Source: Cyanophora paradoxa CCMP329
Lineage: Eukaryota > Plantae > Glaucophyta
Reading direction: 5' to 3'
Length of the DNA: 64,000 nt
Assembly (NCBI GenBank): GCA_004431415.1
Contig: QPMI01000071.1
Span: forward strand, 372,001 to 436,000
Both the position numbers and the translations under genes were made by a program. The notes beneath the pieces are model-generated. The model saw nothing but the letters and a program-made list of their open reading frames with translations, was not told the origin of the DNA and did not search any database. This document shows positions 32,631 through 44,461 of the stretch, piece by piece; within the stretch, counting starts at the first letter, position 1, and the number at the start of each line of letters is the position of its first letter.

Positions 32631-34385
32631 GGCCGCGGGCGAGGACGTCGATTTCCCAGTCGCAGATGGCGGTCTCGGGGCAGGTCAGAAGCCGGGCCGG
32701 CGGGGCCGGCGGCGGGGCGTCCGAGCGGGCATAGGGCGAGAGCGCCGGGTCGAGCGGGGGAAGGCCCAGCAGGAGCCGCAGCTGCCCGACGAAGATGGGC
32801 ATGGCCGAGCGGAGGGCGGCCCGCGCCTCGGACTCGGGATCGGTCCCGTTCGGAACGTGCGCGAGGGCGAGGCCGCCCCAGCCGGGGACCAGAAAGGCCC
32901 CCTCGGCCGAGAGGCGGCCGCCGGGCAGGCGCAGGTGCAGCGGCGAGCGCGCCGCCGACGGGACGAACGCCACGAAGTGGACCGGGGGGTCCAGCGTCAG
33001 CGCCGAGTCGAGGTTCCAGCTGCGCACACCCCAGGGATCGCAGGGGTACGGGGGCAAGGGAAGCGAGGGGGACGGCGCACGCGTTGGCGTCGAGGACGAA
33101 GGGGAGGTGCTCGGCCTCGAAGACGTACCCCCCGAGGGCCTCGTCACGCGTCGGCTCGCGGGCCCAGTGCACGTGCCGCAGGACCTGAGGGCCCGGGGGG
33201 GAAGAGTTAGGGGGTACAAGGCTTCATCCTGGGGGTACACCCGCCTGGGTGTCGAGGGTGAAGGAGGCAACGGGGGCGAGGGCGTTCAGGATGCCTCCGA
33301 AGTAGGCTGTGAGGGTACGGAGGCGTGGGCGTGGTACACGGTCGGGGCGCGCGGAGCCGCCGCACCGTCCGCGAGGGGACCAATGGCGGAGAGGGCGCGG
33401 GAGTGGGCGGGGGTACGCGAGGATGGGTCTTCGTCGAGAACGGACACTGACACGCGGTACGAGTCCGCGAGGCGAATCGACCGGTCGCGCCCCGCGGGGC
33501 TCTGGGGCGGAGGGGGGTACGCGTCAGGGCCGCTTGGGGGGTACAGACAGCCCGCGCGGGCCGTACCTTGGTGTCCGGGGCGCCGACGAGCGGGATAAGG
33601 CGCTCCCATGCGAAGCGCGCGCAGGCCTGGAGCGCGGCGTCGACGTTCTTGTACCCTGCTAAGTCGTGAGCGGCCAGGCGCCGGCGGCTCGCGAGTCGAG
33701 GGGCGCACCGTCCGCGAAGACCCAGCCGTGGAGCTGCCGCCCGGCGCGGAGCAGGCGCCACGGCGCGCTGGGGTCCGGGTCGGGCCGCTCGAGGAGGAAG
33801 AACGTGAACGAGTACTGCGGGCGGACCAGCGGCCCCAGCGCCGCGTCCACCGCTGCGGGCGCGCGGGCGGTCGGCGGGCGTGACGGGCGGCGGCGGAAGC
33901 GCGTGGGAGCGGCCGCACCGTCGTCCGTGTCATCGTGCGCGAAGCCGGGCGGCTCGTCTGCAACCCGCTCGTCGACGTTGACGTCGAGCTCCAACGCCGG
34001 CTGCACGCCCGGCGGCCGCGACTCCCGGAGCACTTGCACGAAGTGCTCATCGTCCTTGAACGCGCCCGGCGGCCCGCCGCCGCCTCCCCGTAGCCGCACG
34101 ATTTCGATTGAGAGCGGGACGGTCATCGGGGCCTGCGAGCGCGCGGTCGGGGGCTCGCGCGTCTGCGAGCGAGCGGAAGCGGCGGCTCACCATGCGGCTC
34201 AGCTCGTCGATCGCAGCGTTCGGCAGCGGGGCGCGGTGGATCTTCGTCGTGTGCCACCAGACGACGACGGACACGAGCAGGGCGCCCATGTAAATGCAAG
34301 CTATGGTGGACCGCTTGCCTGCGCGCCCCGACCGCTTCAGCGCTCCCGCGGCGAGCGCAGCGGGAGTGCGATGCCACGAACCCAT
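31769..34385 (-). CDS. PIGS: GPI transamidase component PIG-S (Gpi17), full-length copy
   Basis: N-terminal TM followed by WWHTTKIHRAPLP, internal FLVPGWGG, C-terminal AFFDPTMLGMMYFPDEHK...VYIPIALPVAIP TM. One apparent 1-nt indel in the Ala-rich tail (about 31975), probably a sequencing error. Confidence 0.88.
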
Positions 34386-34568
34386 CTTGAGGTAGCTGCT
34401 GTATAGATCGACGGTGGCTAGAACAGCTGTCGGGCCCGCAGACCAGGCGAACGGAGAGGGGGGGCCAGCGAGCGGCGAGCCTGGTCGCGTCTCAACGTAC
34501 CCCCAGCCGTCTGTACCCCCCCCAACGAGAAGCTCGCGGAAGCTGCCAAGCCCAGGCCCGGCTTTACA

Positions 34569-37072
34569 ATGAGCACGGGAAAGAAAGTGGTGGAGGACAA
34601 GGTACGCAGCGACGCGCCGCGGACCGCAGCGCCTTCGTTTTTGAATCGTTCCGGCGTCCGGCAGCAACTGTCTCGTGTCCGAGCGGCGCAGAAGCACCCT
34701 GCTAACAAGACCTGCTTCGTGTGCGGCGAGAAGGGTGCGCCGCCGCGGATGAGCGCCTCAACGCCGTCGCCTCCGACCGCTCGGTTTCCGCGCCGCCAGG
34801 ACCGCAGTACATCTGCTCGAACTTCCACACGTTCATCTGCACAGGATGCAGCGGGATCCAGTGCGCACCAGGCCTCCTAGAACCGGTTTGCGCTCTCATT
34901 CTGACGCCTGCCCGCAGCCGCGAGTTCTCGCACCGCGTGAAAGGCATCAGCATGAGTACTTTCTCCGCTGACGAGGCCCAGGCAATCGAGGTCCGCCGGC
35001 TTCTCGAAGATCAAATCCCGTTGCGACACAGAGCGTTTCGCGGCCGCAGGACGGAGGGAACGAGGTCGCGGCAAAGAGCTGGCTCGCGAAGTACGAAGAC
35101 CGCGACCGGGGGCGCCCCGACGCAAGCGACCCGAAGAAGCTGCGTGAGTTCATCAAGTCCGGTGCGCACATGAACGTCATAGCGGTCTTTTGGCGCGTGC
35201 TGACGTAGTGCGCTCCTCCGTTTCTTTTCCTTCTCTTGTACACGGCAGTGTTCGTCGAGAAGGTGAACGCGGCCCCCGACGCGCTTCGCCGAACCGCCCG
35301 TGCTGACTGCGTCGCGCAGCGGTACTACCGCACGTACAACGCCGAGCGCGAGAAGGAAAAGGCGAAGGAGAAGGAGGCAGCGCAGGCCGCCAAAGCTTCC
35401 TCGTCGGCGCCCGCCGCAAAGGCGCCCCCCGTTCAGCCAGTGTCGAACATTCTGGGGGAGAACCCGCCCAAGCTTGTCGTCGGCCAGAGCGCGCCCCCGG
35501 CTGCTGCGAAGGTAGGGTCCTCTTTGGTTTATATCGGGCGGGCGGGCGGGAGGGCGGGCGGGCGAAGAGCTGACGTCCCGCCCGCAGTCCGCAAACCTGC
35601 TCGACGACGATTTCTTCACCGTTTCGACGCCGGGTGCGCTTTCTTCCGCGGAGCCTCTGCTGCGCGCGCCGCGCGGCTGAATCGGCCGCGCAGCGCCGGC
35701 CCGGCCCCCGGCGCAGCAGTCGGCGGCGAACGCGCTCGCAGACATCTTCGCGCAGCAGTCGCAGCCGAACAACCCGTTCGCGCAGCAGCAGCAGCAGCAG
35801 CAGCAGCCGCAGGGGTACTACGGCATGCCCCAGCAGGGGTACCCCCAGCAGCAGGCGATGGTGGCCCCGCAGTCTCACTACAGCTCCGGCGGCTTCGCGC
35901 CCGCCCCCGCGGCCGCTAACCCTTTCGCCCCCGCCCAGCCCGCCCTCCCGCCCGCCGCCTCCGCTCCCGCCGCCTCAGCCGACTGGAACCCGTTCGGCGG
36001 GGCCCCCGCCGCCCAGCCCCCCGCCTCCGCCCCTGCCGCCCACCAGCCCGCCGCCAGTTCCAACCCGTTCGCCCCCTCTCAGGCCGCGGCGCCAGCTCCG
36101 GCCCCGGCGCAGCAGTCATCTGCCGCCGATCTCCTGTTCGGCGGCCCGGCGCAGCCCGCGGCGCCGGCGGCGCCCGCGTCGGCCCCGGCCGGCGTGCGGC
36201 AGATGATCCCCATGTCAGCGCCCCCCACCAGCACCCCCCAGCAGCAGCAGGCGGCGCACAACGCGCACCTCGAGGATAGTGCGCCCCGCCCCTCTCCCCC
36301 GCTCCGACCGGCCGGCTGACGCTGACGCTGACGCGCCCCGCCCCGCCGCAGTGTTCGCGAGCTTCTCGGGGATGTCGACGGGCCCCAAACCGGCACAGCC
36401 GCAGCAGCCGCAGGCTCAGGCGATGGGCATGGGCATGGGTATGCAGCCGCAGGCGATGGGCATGCAGGGCATGAACCCGATGGTTGCCCAGCCGCAGCAG
36501 CAGGCCCAGGCCCAGGCCCAGGCCCAGCACGTGCAGGCGCAGCAGGCTCAGGCTCAGGCGCAGGCGCAGGCGCAGCAACAGCAGCAGCAGCAGCAGCGCG
36601 CGATGCAGATGGGCGGCATGATGGGATCCTTCGGCGGGATGCAGCAGCCGCAGCAGCATCAGCAGCAGCCGCAGCAGATGGGGATGATGGGAGGCATGCC
36701 TCAGCAGCAGCAGATGATGGGAATGCACCCGCAGATGATGATGGGGATGCAGCCCGGCACGAATCCGATGGAACAGCAGAAGATGCTCATGCAGCAGCAG
36801 CAGATGATGCAGCAGCATATGATGCAGCAGCAGATGATGCAGCAGCAAATGATGCAGCAGCAGATGATGCAGCGGCAAATGGCTATGGGCGGCATGCAGG
36901 GCATGCACCCGCAGATGGGCATGGTCCGCACGGCGCCCCGTTTCCCCGCCACGCTCTCTCTGTCTCCGTCCGACCTCGCTCGCAGATGCAGCAGCCGCAG
37001 CAGCCGGCGGCGGCCGCGGCCGCGGCGCCGCAGGCGGCCAAGCCGAACCCCCTCGCCGATCTCTTCTCGTAG
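34569..37072 (+). CDS. AGFG: AGFG/AGD14-type ArfGAP with NPF motifs and a Q/M-rich tail, copy 1
   Basis: Spliced: NKTCFVCGEK|GPQYICSNFHTFICTGCSGIH|REFSHRVKGISMSTFSADEAQAIE|DGGNEVAAKSWL, which is the CxxC-x16-CxxC zinc finger plus catalytic Arg. Four NPF motifs, LLDDDFF, and the ending NPLADLFS*. Confidence 0.9.
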
Positions 37073-37345
37073 CCCCCTCGATCTAGTCCCCCTCCCCTCC
37101 CCCCCACCCCCCTCTCTTTCGTGCCCCTCGGCCCGCCCGCCCGCCCCATCCCGCCCCGCTTTCGCCCCTTTCCCTCTCCGCCCCCCCGCCCCATCGAACC
37201 GTAGGTCGCTCGTACGTAGTGCATATCCGAATTCGATTACCACACCGGATCTATCAGTTTCCGAATTCCGAATGTGATTCGATTCGTAGTGCATATCCGA
37301 ATTCGATTCGTAGTGCATATCGATTCGTAGTGCATATCCGAATTC

Positions 37346-37798
37346 GATGAGCGGGGAGAGGGGGGCGGGGCGAGGACCGGGGGGTACCTTGTGCTCGTCG
37401 GGGAAGTACATCATTCCGAGCATCGTCGGGTCGAAGAAAGCATCCCGCGAGGCCTGCGGGGGTACGCGATTAGATGGGGGCAGAAGAAAGGAGGGGTACG
37501 GCTATCGCACCACGAGGGCGCGGCGGGCGGCGGAGAGGGCGGCGCTGAGGGCCGCCCGCGGGTCCAGAGACGCCACCGCCGCGCGGGCCTGCGGGAGGCG
37601 GTCGGGCGGGTACGGCATCGGAGGGGGGTAGGGGCAGCGCACGTCGCGGAGCTGCTCGACTGCGAGGTCGCAGAGGTTCCGAATGTGGTCCCCAACGACC
37701 TGGGGGGTACGCGTAAGAGACGGGCGGGGGGGTACGGGATGCGAGCGGGGTACCATGTTCTTCTGCTGGTCGACGAGGGCTGTGAGGGAGCGGAGGGA

Positions 37799-37830
<32 letters not shown>

Positions 37831-39584
37831 GGCCGCGGGCGAGGACGTCGATTTCCCAGTCGCAGATGGCGGTCTCGGGGCAGGTCAGAAGCCGGGCCGG
37901 CGGGGCCGGCGGCGGGGCGTCCGAGCGGGCATAGGGCGAGAGCGCCGGGTCGAGCGGGGGAAGGCCCAGCAGGAGCCGCAGCTGCCCGACGAAGATGGGC
38001 ATGGCCGAGCGGAGGGCGGCCCGCGCCTCGGACTCGGGATCGGTCCCGTTCGGAACGTGCGCGAGGGCGAGGCCGCCCCAGCCGGGGACCAGAAAGGCCC
38101 CCTCGGCCGAGAGGCGGCCGCCGGGCAGGCGCAGGTGCAGCGGCGAGCGCGCCGCCGACGGGACGAACGCCACGAAGTGGACCGGGGGGTCCAGCGTCAG
38201 CGCCGAGTCGAGGTTCCAGCTGCGCACACCCCAGGGATCGCAGGGGTACGGGGGCAAGGGAAGCGAGGGGGACGGCGCACGCGTTGGCGTCGAGGACGAA
38301 GGGGAGGTGCTCGGCCTCGAAGACGTACCCCCCGAGGGCCTCGTCACGCGTCGGCTCGCGGGCCCAGTGCACGTGCCGCAGGACCTGAGGGCCCGGGGGG
38401 GAAGAGTTAGGGGGTACAAGGCTTCATCCTGGGGGTACACCCGCCTGGGTGTCGAGGGTGAAGGAGGCAACGGGGCGAGGGCGTTCAGGATGCCTCCGAA
38501 GTAGGCTGTGAGGGTACGGAGGCGTGGGCGTGGTACACGGTCGGGGCGCGCGGAGCCGCCGCACCGTCCGCGAGGGGACCAATGGCGGAGAGGGCGCGGG
38601 AGTGGGCGGGGGTACGCGAGGATGGGTCTTCGTCGAGAACGGACACTGACACGCGGTACGAGTCCGCGAGGCGAATCGACCGGTCGCGCCCCGCGGGGCT
38701 CTGGGGCGGAGGGGGGTACGCGTCAGGGCCGCTTGGGGGGTACAGACAGCCCGCGCGGGCCGTACCTTGGTGTCCGGGGCGCCGACGAGCGGGATAAGGC
38801 GCTCCCATGCGAAGCGCGCGCAGGCCTGGAGCGCGGCGTCGACGTTCTTGTACCCTGCTAAGTCGTGAGCGGCCAGGCGCCGGCGGCTCGCGAGTCGAGG
38901 GGCGCACCGTCCGCGAAGACCCAGCCGTGGAGCTGCCGCCCGGCGCGGAGCAGGCGCCACGGCGCGCTGGGGTCCGGGTCGGGCCGCTCGAGGAGGAAGA
39001 ACGTGAACGAGTACTGCGGGCGGACCAGCGGCCCCAGCGCCGCGTCCACCGCTGCGGGCGCGCGGGCGGTCGGCGGGCGTGACGGGCGGCGGCGGAAGCG
39101 CGTGGGAGCGGCCGCACCGTCGTCCGTGTCATCGTGCGCGAAGCCGGGCGGCTCGTCTGCAACCCGCTCGTCGACGTTGACGTCGAGCTCCAACGCCGGC
39201 TGCACGCCCGGCGGCCGCGACTCCCGGAGCACTTGCACGAAGTGCTCATCGTCCTTGAACGCGCCCGGCGGCCCGCCGCCGCCTCCCCGTAGCCGCACGA
39301 TTTCGATTGAGAGCGGGACGGTCATCGGGGCCTGCGAGCGCGCGGTCGGGGGCTCGCGCGTCTGCGAGCGAGCGGAAGCGGCGGCTCACCATGCGGCTCA
39401 GCTCGTCGATCGCAGCGTTCGGCAGCGGGGCGCGGTGGATCTTCGTCGTGTGCCACCAGACGACGACGGACACGAGCAGGGCGCCCATGTAAATGCAAGC
39501 TATGGTGGACCGCTTGCCTGCGCGCCCCGACCGCTTCAGCGCTCCCGCGGCGAGCGCAGCGGGAGTGCGATGCCACGAACCCAT
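37346..39584 (-). pseudogene. PIGS: PIG-S duplicate truncated in its last intron (lacks the second TM exon)
   Basis: Matches the full copy from ATG 39584 to YFPDEHK. The duplication breakpoint at 37346 removes the AAVYIPIALP exon. Confidence 0.85.
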
Positions 39585-39770
39585 CTTGAGGTAGCTGCTG
39601 TATAGATCGACGGTGGCTAGAACAGCTGTCGGGCCCCGCAGACCAGGCGAACGGAGAGGGGGGGGCCAGCGAGCGGCGAGCCTGGTCGCGTCTCAACGTA
39701 CCCCCCAGCCGTCTGTACCCCCCCCAACGAGAAGCTCGCGGAAGCTGCCAAGCCCAGGCCCGGCTTTACA

Positions 39771-42268
39771 ATGAGCACGGGAAAGAAAGTGGTGGAGGAC
39801 AAGGTACGCAGCGACGCGCCGCGGACCGCAGCGCCTTCGTTTTTGAATCGTTCCGGCGTCCGGCAGCAACTGTCTCGTGTCCGAGCGGCGCAGAAGCACC
39901 CTGCTAACAAGACCTGCTTCGTGTGCGGCGAGAAGGGTGCGCCGCCGCGGATGAGCGCCTCAACGCCGTCGCCTCCGACCGCTCGGTTTCCGCGCCGCCA
40001 GGACCGCAGTACATCTGCTCGAACTTCCACACGTTCATCTGCACAGGATGCAGCGGGATCCAGTGCGCACCAGGCCTCCTAGAACCGGTTTGCGCTCTCA
40101 TTCTGACGCCTGCCCGCAGCCGCGAGTTCTCGCACCGCGTGAAAGGCATCAGCATGAGTACTTTCTCCGCTGACGAGGCCCAGGCAATCGAGGTCCGCCG
40201 GCTTCTCGAAGATCAAATCCCGTTGCGACACAGAGCGTTTCGCGGCCGCAGGACGGAGGGAACGAGGTCGCGGCAAAGAGCTGGCTCGCGAAGTACGAAG
40301 ACCGCGACCGGGGCGCCCCGACGCAAGCGACCCGAAGAAGCTGCGTGAGTTCATCAAGTCCGGTGCGCACATGAACGTCATAGCGGTCTTTTGGCGCGTG
40401 CTGACGTAGTGCGCTCCTCCGTTTCTTTTCCTTCTCTTGTACACGGCAGTGTTCGTCGAGAAGGTGAACGCGGCCCCCGACGCGCTTCGCCGAACCGCCC
40501 GTGCTGACTGCGTCGCGCAGCGGTACTACCGCACGTACAACGCCGAGCGCGAGAAGGAAAAGGCGAAGGAGAAGGAGGCAGCGCAGGCCGCCAAAGCTTC
40601 CTCGTCGGCGCCCGCCGCAAAGGCGCCCCCGTTCAGCCAGTGTCGAACATTCTGGGGGAGAACCCGCCCAAGCTTGTCGTCGGCCAGAGCGCGCCCCGGC
40701 TGCTGCGAAGGTAGGGTCCTCTTTGGTTTATATCGGGCGGGCGGGCGGGAGGGCGGGCGGGCGAAGAGCTGACGTCCCGCCCGCAGTCCGCAAACCTGCT
40801 CGACGACGATTTCTTCACCGTTTCGACGCCGGGTGCGCTTTCTTCCGCGGAGCCTCTGCTGCGCGCGCCGCGCGCTGAATCGGCCGCGCAGCGCCGGCCC
40901 GGCCCCGGCGCAGCAGTCGGCGGCGAACGCGCTCGCAGACATCTTCGCGCAGCAGTCGCAGCCGAACAACCCGTTCGCGCAGCAGCAGCAGCAGCAGCAG
41001 CAGCCGCAGGGGTACTACGGCATGCCCCAGCAGGGGTACCCCCAGCAGCAGGCGATGGTGGCCCCGCAGTCTCACTACAGCTCCGGCGGCTTCGCGCCCG
41101 CCCCCGCGGCCGCTAACCCTTTCGCCCCCGCCCAGCCCGCCCTCCCGCCCGCCGCCTCCGCTCCCGCCGCCTCAGCCGACTGGAACCCGTTCGGCGGGGC
41201 CCCCGCCGCCCAGCCCCCCGCCTCCGCCCCTGCCGCCCACCAGCCCGCCGCCAGTTCCAACCCGTTCGCCCCCTCTCAGGCCGCGGCGCCAGCTCCGGCC
41301 CCGGCGCAGCAGTCATCTGCCGCCGATCTCCTGTTCGGCGGCCCGGCGCAGCCCGCGGCGCCGGCGGCGCCCGCGTCGGCCCCGGCCGGCGTGCGGCAGA
41401 TGATCCCCATGTCAGCGCTCCCCACCAGCACCCCCCAGCAGCAGCAGGCGGCGCACAACGCGCACCTCGAGGATAGTGCGCCCCGCCCCCTCTCCCCCGC
41501 TCCGACCGGCCGGCTGACGCTGACGCTGACGCGCCCCGCCCCGCCGCAGTGTTCGCGAGCTTCTCGGGGATGTCGACGGGCCCCAAACCGGCACAGCCGC
41601 AGCAGCCGCAGGCTCAGGCGATGGGCATGGGCATGGGTATGCAGCCGCAGGCGATGGGCATGCAGGGCATGAACCCGATGGTTGCCCAGCCGCAGCAGCA
41701 GGCCCAGGCCCAGGCCCAGGCCCAGCACGTGCAGGCGCAGCAGGCTCAGGCTCAGGCGCAGGCGCAGGCGCAGCAACAGCAGCAGCAGCAGCAGCGCGCG
41801 ATGCAGATGGGCGGCATGATGGATCCTTCGGCGGGATGCAGCAGCCGCAGCAGCATCAGCAGCAGCCGCAGCAGATGGGATGATGGGAGGCATGCCTCAG
41901 CAGCAGCAGATGATGGGAATGCACCCGCAGATGATGATGGGGATGCAGCCCGGCACGAATCCGATGGAACAGCAGAAGATGCTCATGCAGCAGCAGCAGA
42001 TGATGCAGCAGCATATGATGCAGCAGCAGATGATGCAGCAGCAAATGATGCAGCAGCAGATGATGCAGCGGCAAATGGCTATGGGCGGCATGCAGGGCAT
42101 GCACCCGCAGATGGGCATGGTCCGCACGGCGCCCCGTTTCCCCGCCACGCTCTCTCTGTCTCCGTCCGACCTCGCTCGCAGATGCAGCAGCCGCAGCAGC
42201 CGGCGGCGGCCGCGGCCGCGGCGCCGCAGGCGGCCAAGCCGAACCCCCTCGCCGATCTCTTCTCGTAG
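39771..42268 (+). CDS. AGFG: AGFG-type ArfGAP, copy 2 (several 1-nt indels: errors or incipient decay)
   Basis: Duplicate of 34569-37072. Single-base deletions in G/C runs (about 40310, 40630, 41820, 41878) shift the frame. Confidence 0.75.
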
Positions 42269-42503
42269 CCCCCTCGATCTAGTCCCCCTCCCCCTCCCCC
42301 CCCACCCCCCCTCTCTTTCGTGCCCCTCGGCCCGCCCGCCCGCCCCATCCCGCCCCGCTTTCGCCCCTTTCCCTCTCCGCCCCCCCGCCCCATCGAACCG
42401 TAGGTCGCTCGTACGTAGTGCATATCCGAATTCGATTACCACACCGGATCTATCAGTCAATCAATCAGTCTAGCGAGCTACGAGAGAGATTCACCCTGCC
42501 GCT

Positions 42504-44425
42504 CTACTCGTCATCCTCATCCTCATCCTCGTCCTCGTCCTCGTCGTCCTCGTCCTCGTCAAAGTCCAAGTCGTCGAAGTCGTCAAGGCAGTAGTGCTCG
42601 ACGCTCACGTGCGGGAAGCGATTGCGCAGCCCGTCGACGCGCGCGCCGCTCACGCCGCGGCACCCGCTGAGCAGCAGCGTCGCCAGGCGCGCGGCGGGGC
42701 AGGCTCCGCCGGCCCCGCCATCCTCCTCCTCCTCCAGGGCGTCGATGAGGCCGTCGTCGACCTGGGAAGGGGGGCGGGGCTCATTTAGGGGCCAGGCGGG
42801 CATTTAGGGAGGCGGATCGGGGGCGGGCGGGCAGTCGTTCATCCGCTAAATCATATCAGTCAGTAGTATACATTTCAGTTCTATGGGCACTGAAGCGGGC
42901 GGGCGGCGGGTGGGGCGGGGCGGAGGCGGCGGCGGGCGGGCGCGGCGGGCGCGGCAGTGTGGTGGGGCAGACCGAGCGGGAAGGGGGGATGGGGGGCTGG
43001 TAGGGGGCGGGGGCGGGTAGGGGGGCATGAGCTAACTTGAGTAAATTTGCGAAGTCTAAGCCTATGAATCTATCTCAAGTCTCTCTAAGTCTAGGGGCGG
43101 GGCGGAGGCGGGCGCGGGGGCACCTCCGGGAGGTCGGCGCAGAGGAGCTCGCGCAGGCGCCGGCAGCCGCGCGCCGCCCCCGCCGCCCCCGCGGACGTCA
43201 CCCGCCTGCCCCAGCGCCCCGCCGCCTCAGCCGCAAGGAAGGCAAGGGCGAGCGAGGTCGTTCTCCTAACGGGGCGTGATCTAGATCTAGATCTACGTGA
43301 TCTAGATCTCTATAGCGGGGCGTGGGGGGTACGCTGCTATCGCCCAGATGGGCGCGCGGGGGCGCGCCCGCTTAGACTCTCGCTTAGACTCGCTTAGACT
43401 CGCCTCAGCCGCAAGGAAGGAAGGGCGAGCGAGATCGTTCTCATAGAGGGACTCTATATCTATAGCGGGGCGCGGGGGGCGCGCGCCTGCAGCCGGAGAC
43501 GTCGAGGCGGGGCTCTAGTTCTAGTCTAGTTCTAGTCCTTAGATCTATTTATAACTCGCTCAGATGGGCGCGCGCGCCTGCAGCCGGAGACGTCGAGGCG
43601 GGCAAGGAGAGGCAGGCCCCGGCCCACCGCAGCCAGCGCCGCGTCGGTCACGCCGGGGGCCCCCACGAGCGCCAGCGACCGGAGCGCCCCGCAGCGCCCC
43701 GCCACCGCGATCACCTGCAGCAGTCGAGTAGAGTCAAGAGAGGGGGCGAGGAGGGGGGAGGGGGGGTAGGACGCACCCCCGCGTCCGTGAAGCGGGCGCT
43801 CGCCGTACCCTGCACCCGGACCTCGTGAGTCAAGGGCTCGGGTAAAAGAGACAGGGGGTAAAAAGGCTCTGCATTCTCCCGTCCCCCTCCTCCTCCTCCC
43901 AATAAAGAGCTAGACGCTAGAAGCTAGGGGCTAGAATCGCGGCCCTAAAAAGATGAGATATGGGCACCCTCCCGTCCCCCTCCTCCTCGCCCTAGAAAGA
44001 ACGAAGGCTGGGGCTGTGCACCTTCCCGTCCCCCTCCCCCTCCCCCTCGTCCTCGTCGGCCTCGGCGCCGGCGTCGCCCGCGGAGAGCCCCTCGAGGGCG
44101 GGGCAGGCCAGGACGGTTCTAGCAATCTAGAAATTCCCGGGCATCTACAAGAGGATAATCCCCGGGCAAGAAGCTAGAAGCTAGAAGCTAGAAGCTAGAA
44201 GCTAGAAGCTAGAAAGCTAGAAGCTAGGAGCTAGGAGCTAGAAGCTAGAAGCTCACCTTCTCCTCGTCCTCCTCTTCCTCGTCGTCGGCCTCGGCGCCGG
44301 CGTCCCCCAGGGAGAGCTCCTCGAGGGCGGGGCAGCCGAGGGCCAGCGCCTCCAGCGCCGCGTCCCCGATCCCGCCTGCAGCGAGCCGCAAGTCAGGGAG
44401 GGGGAGGAGGAGGACCGGGAGGGAT

Positions 44426-44461
<36 letters not shown>

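Larger units (their letters stand above)
32143..42457. repeat. Near-identical direct tandem segmental duplication (32143-37258 and 37346-42457) with an 87-bp filler
   Basis: The copies differ almost only by 1-nt homopolymer indels and at least one substitution (tcagcgcccccc vs tcagcgctcccc). Confidence 0.92.

Noticed and set aside
37259-37345. Short direct repeats resembling a mini CRISPR array
   Set aside because: No unique spacers, no cas genes and a eukaryotic context. Explained as templated junction filler.
35916-37423. Antisense ORFs rich in His/Leu or Cys/Ile (LLHHLL, CCIICC)
   Set aside because: Reverse-frame shadows of the CAG/ATG-rich Q/M tail of the ArfGAP.
39771-42268. Frameshifts in ArfGAP copy 2 and the PIG-S tail read as programmed frameshifting or true pseudogenisation
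   Set aside because: They fall in G/C runs typical of long-read consensus errors and cannot be called without reads.
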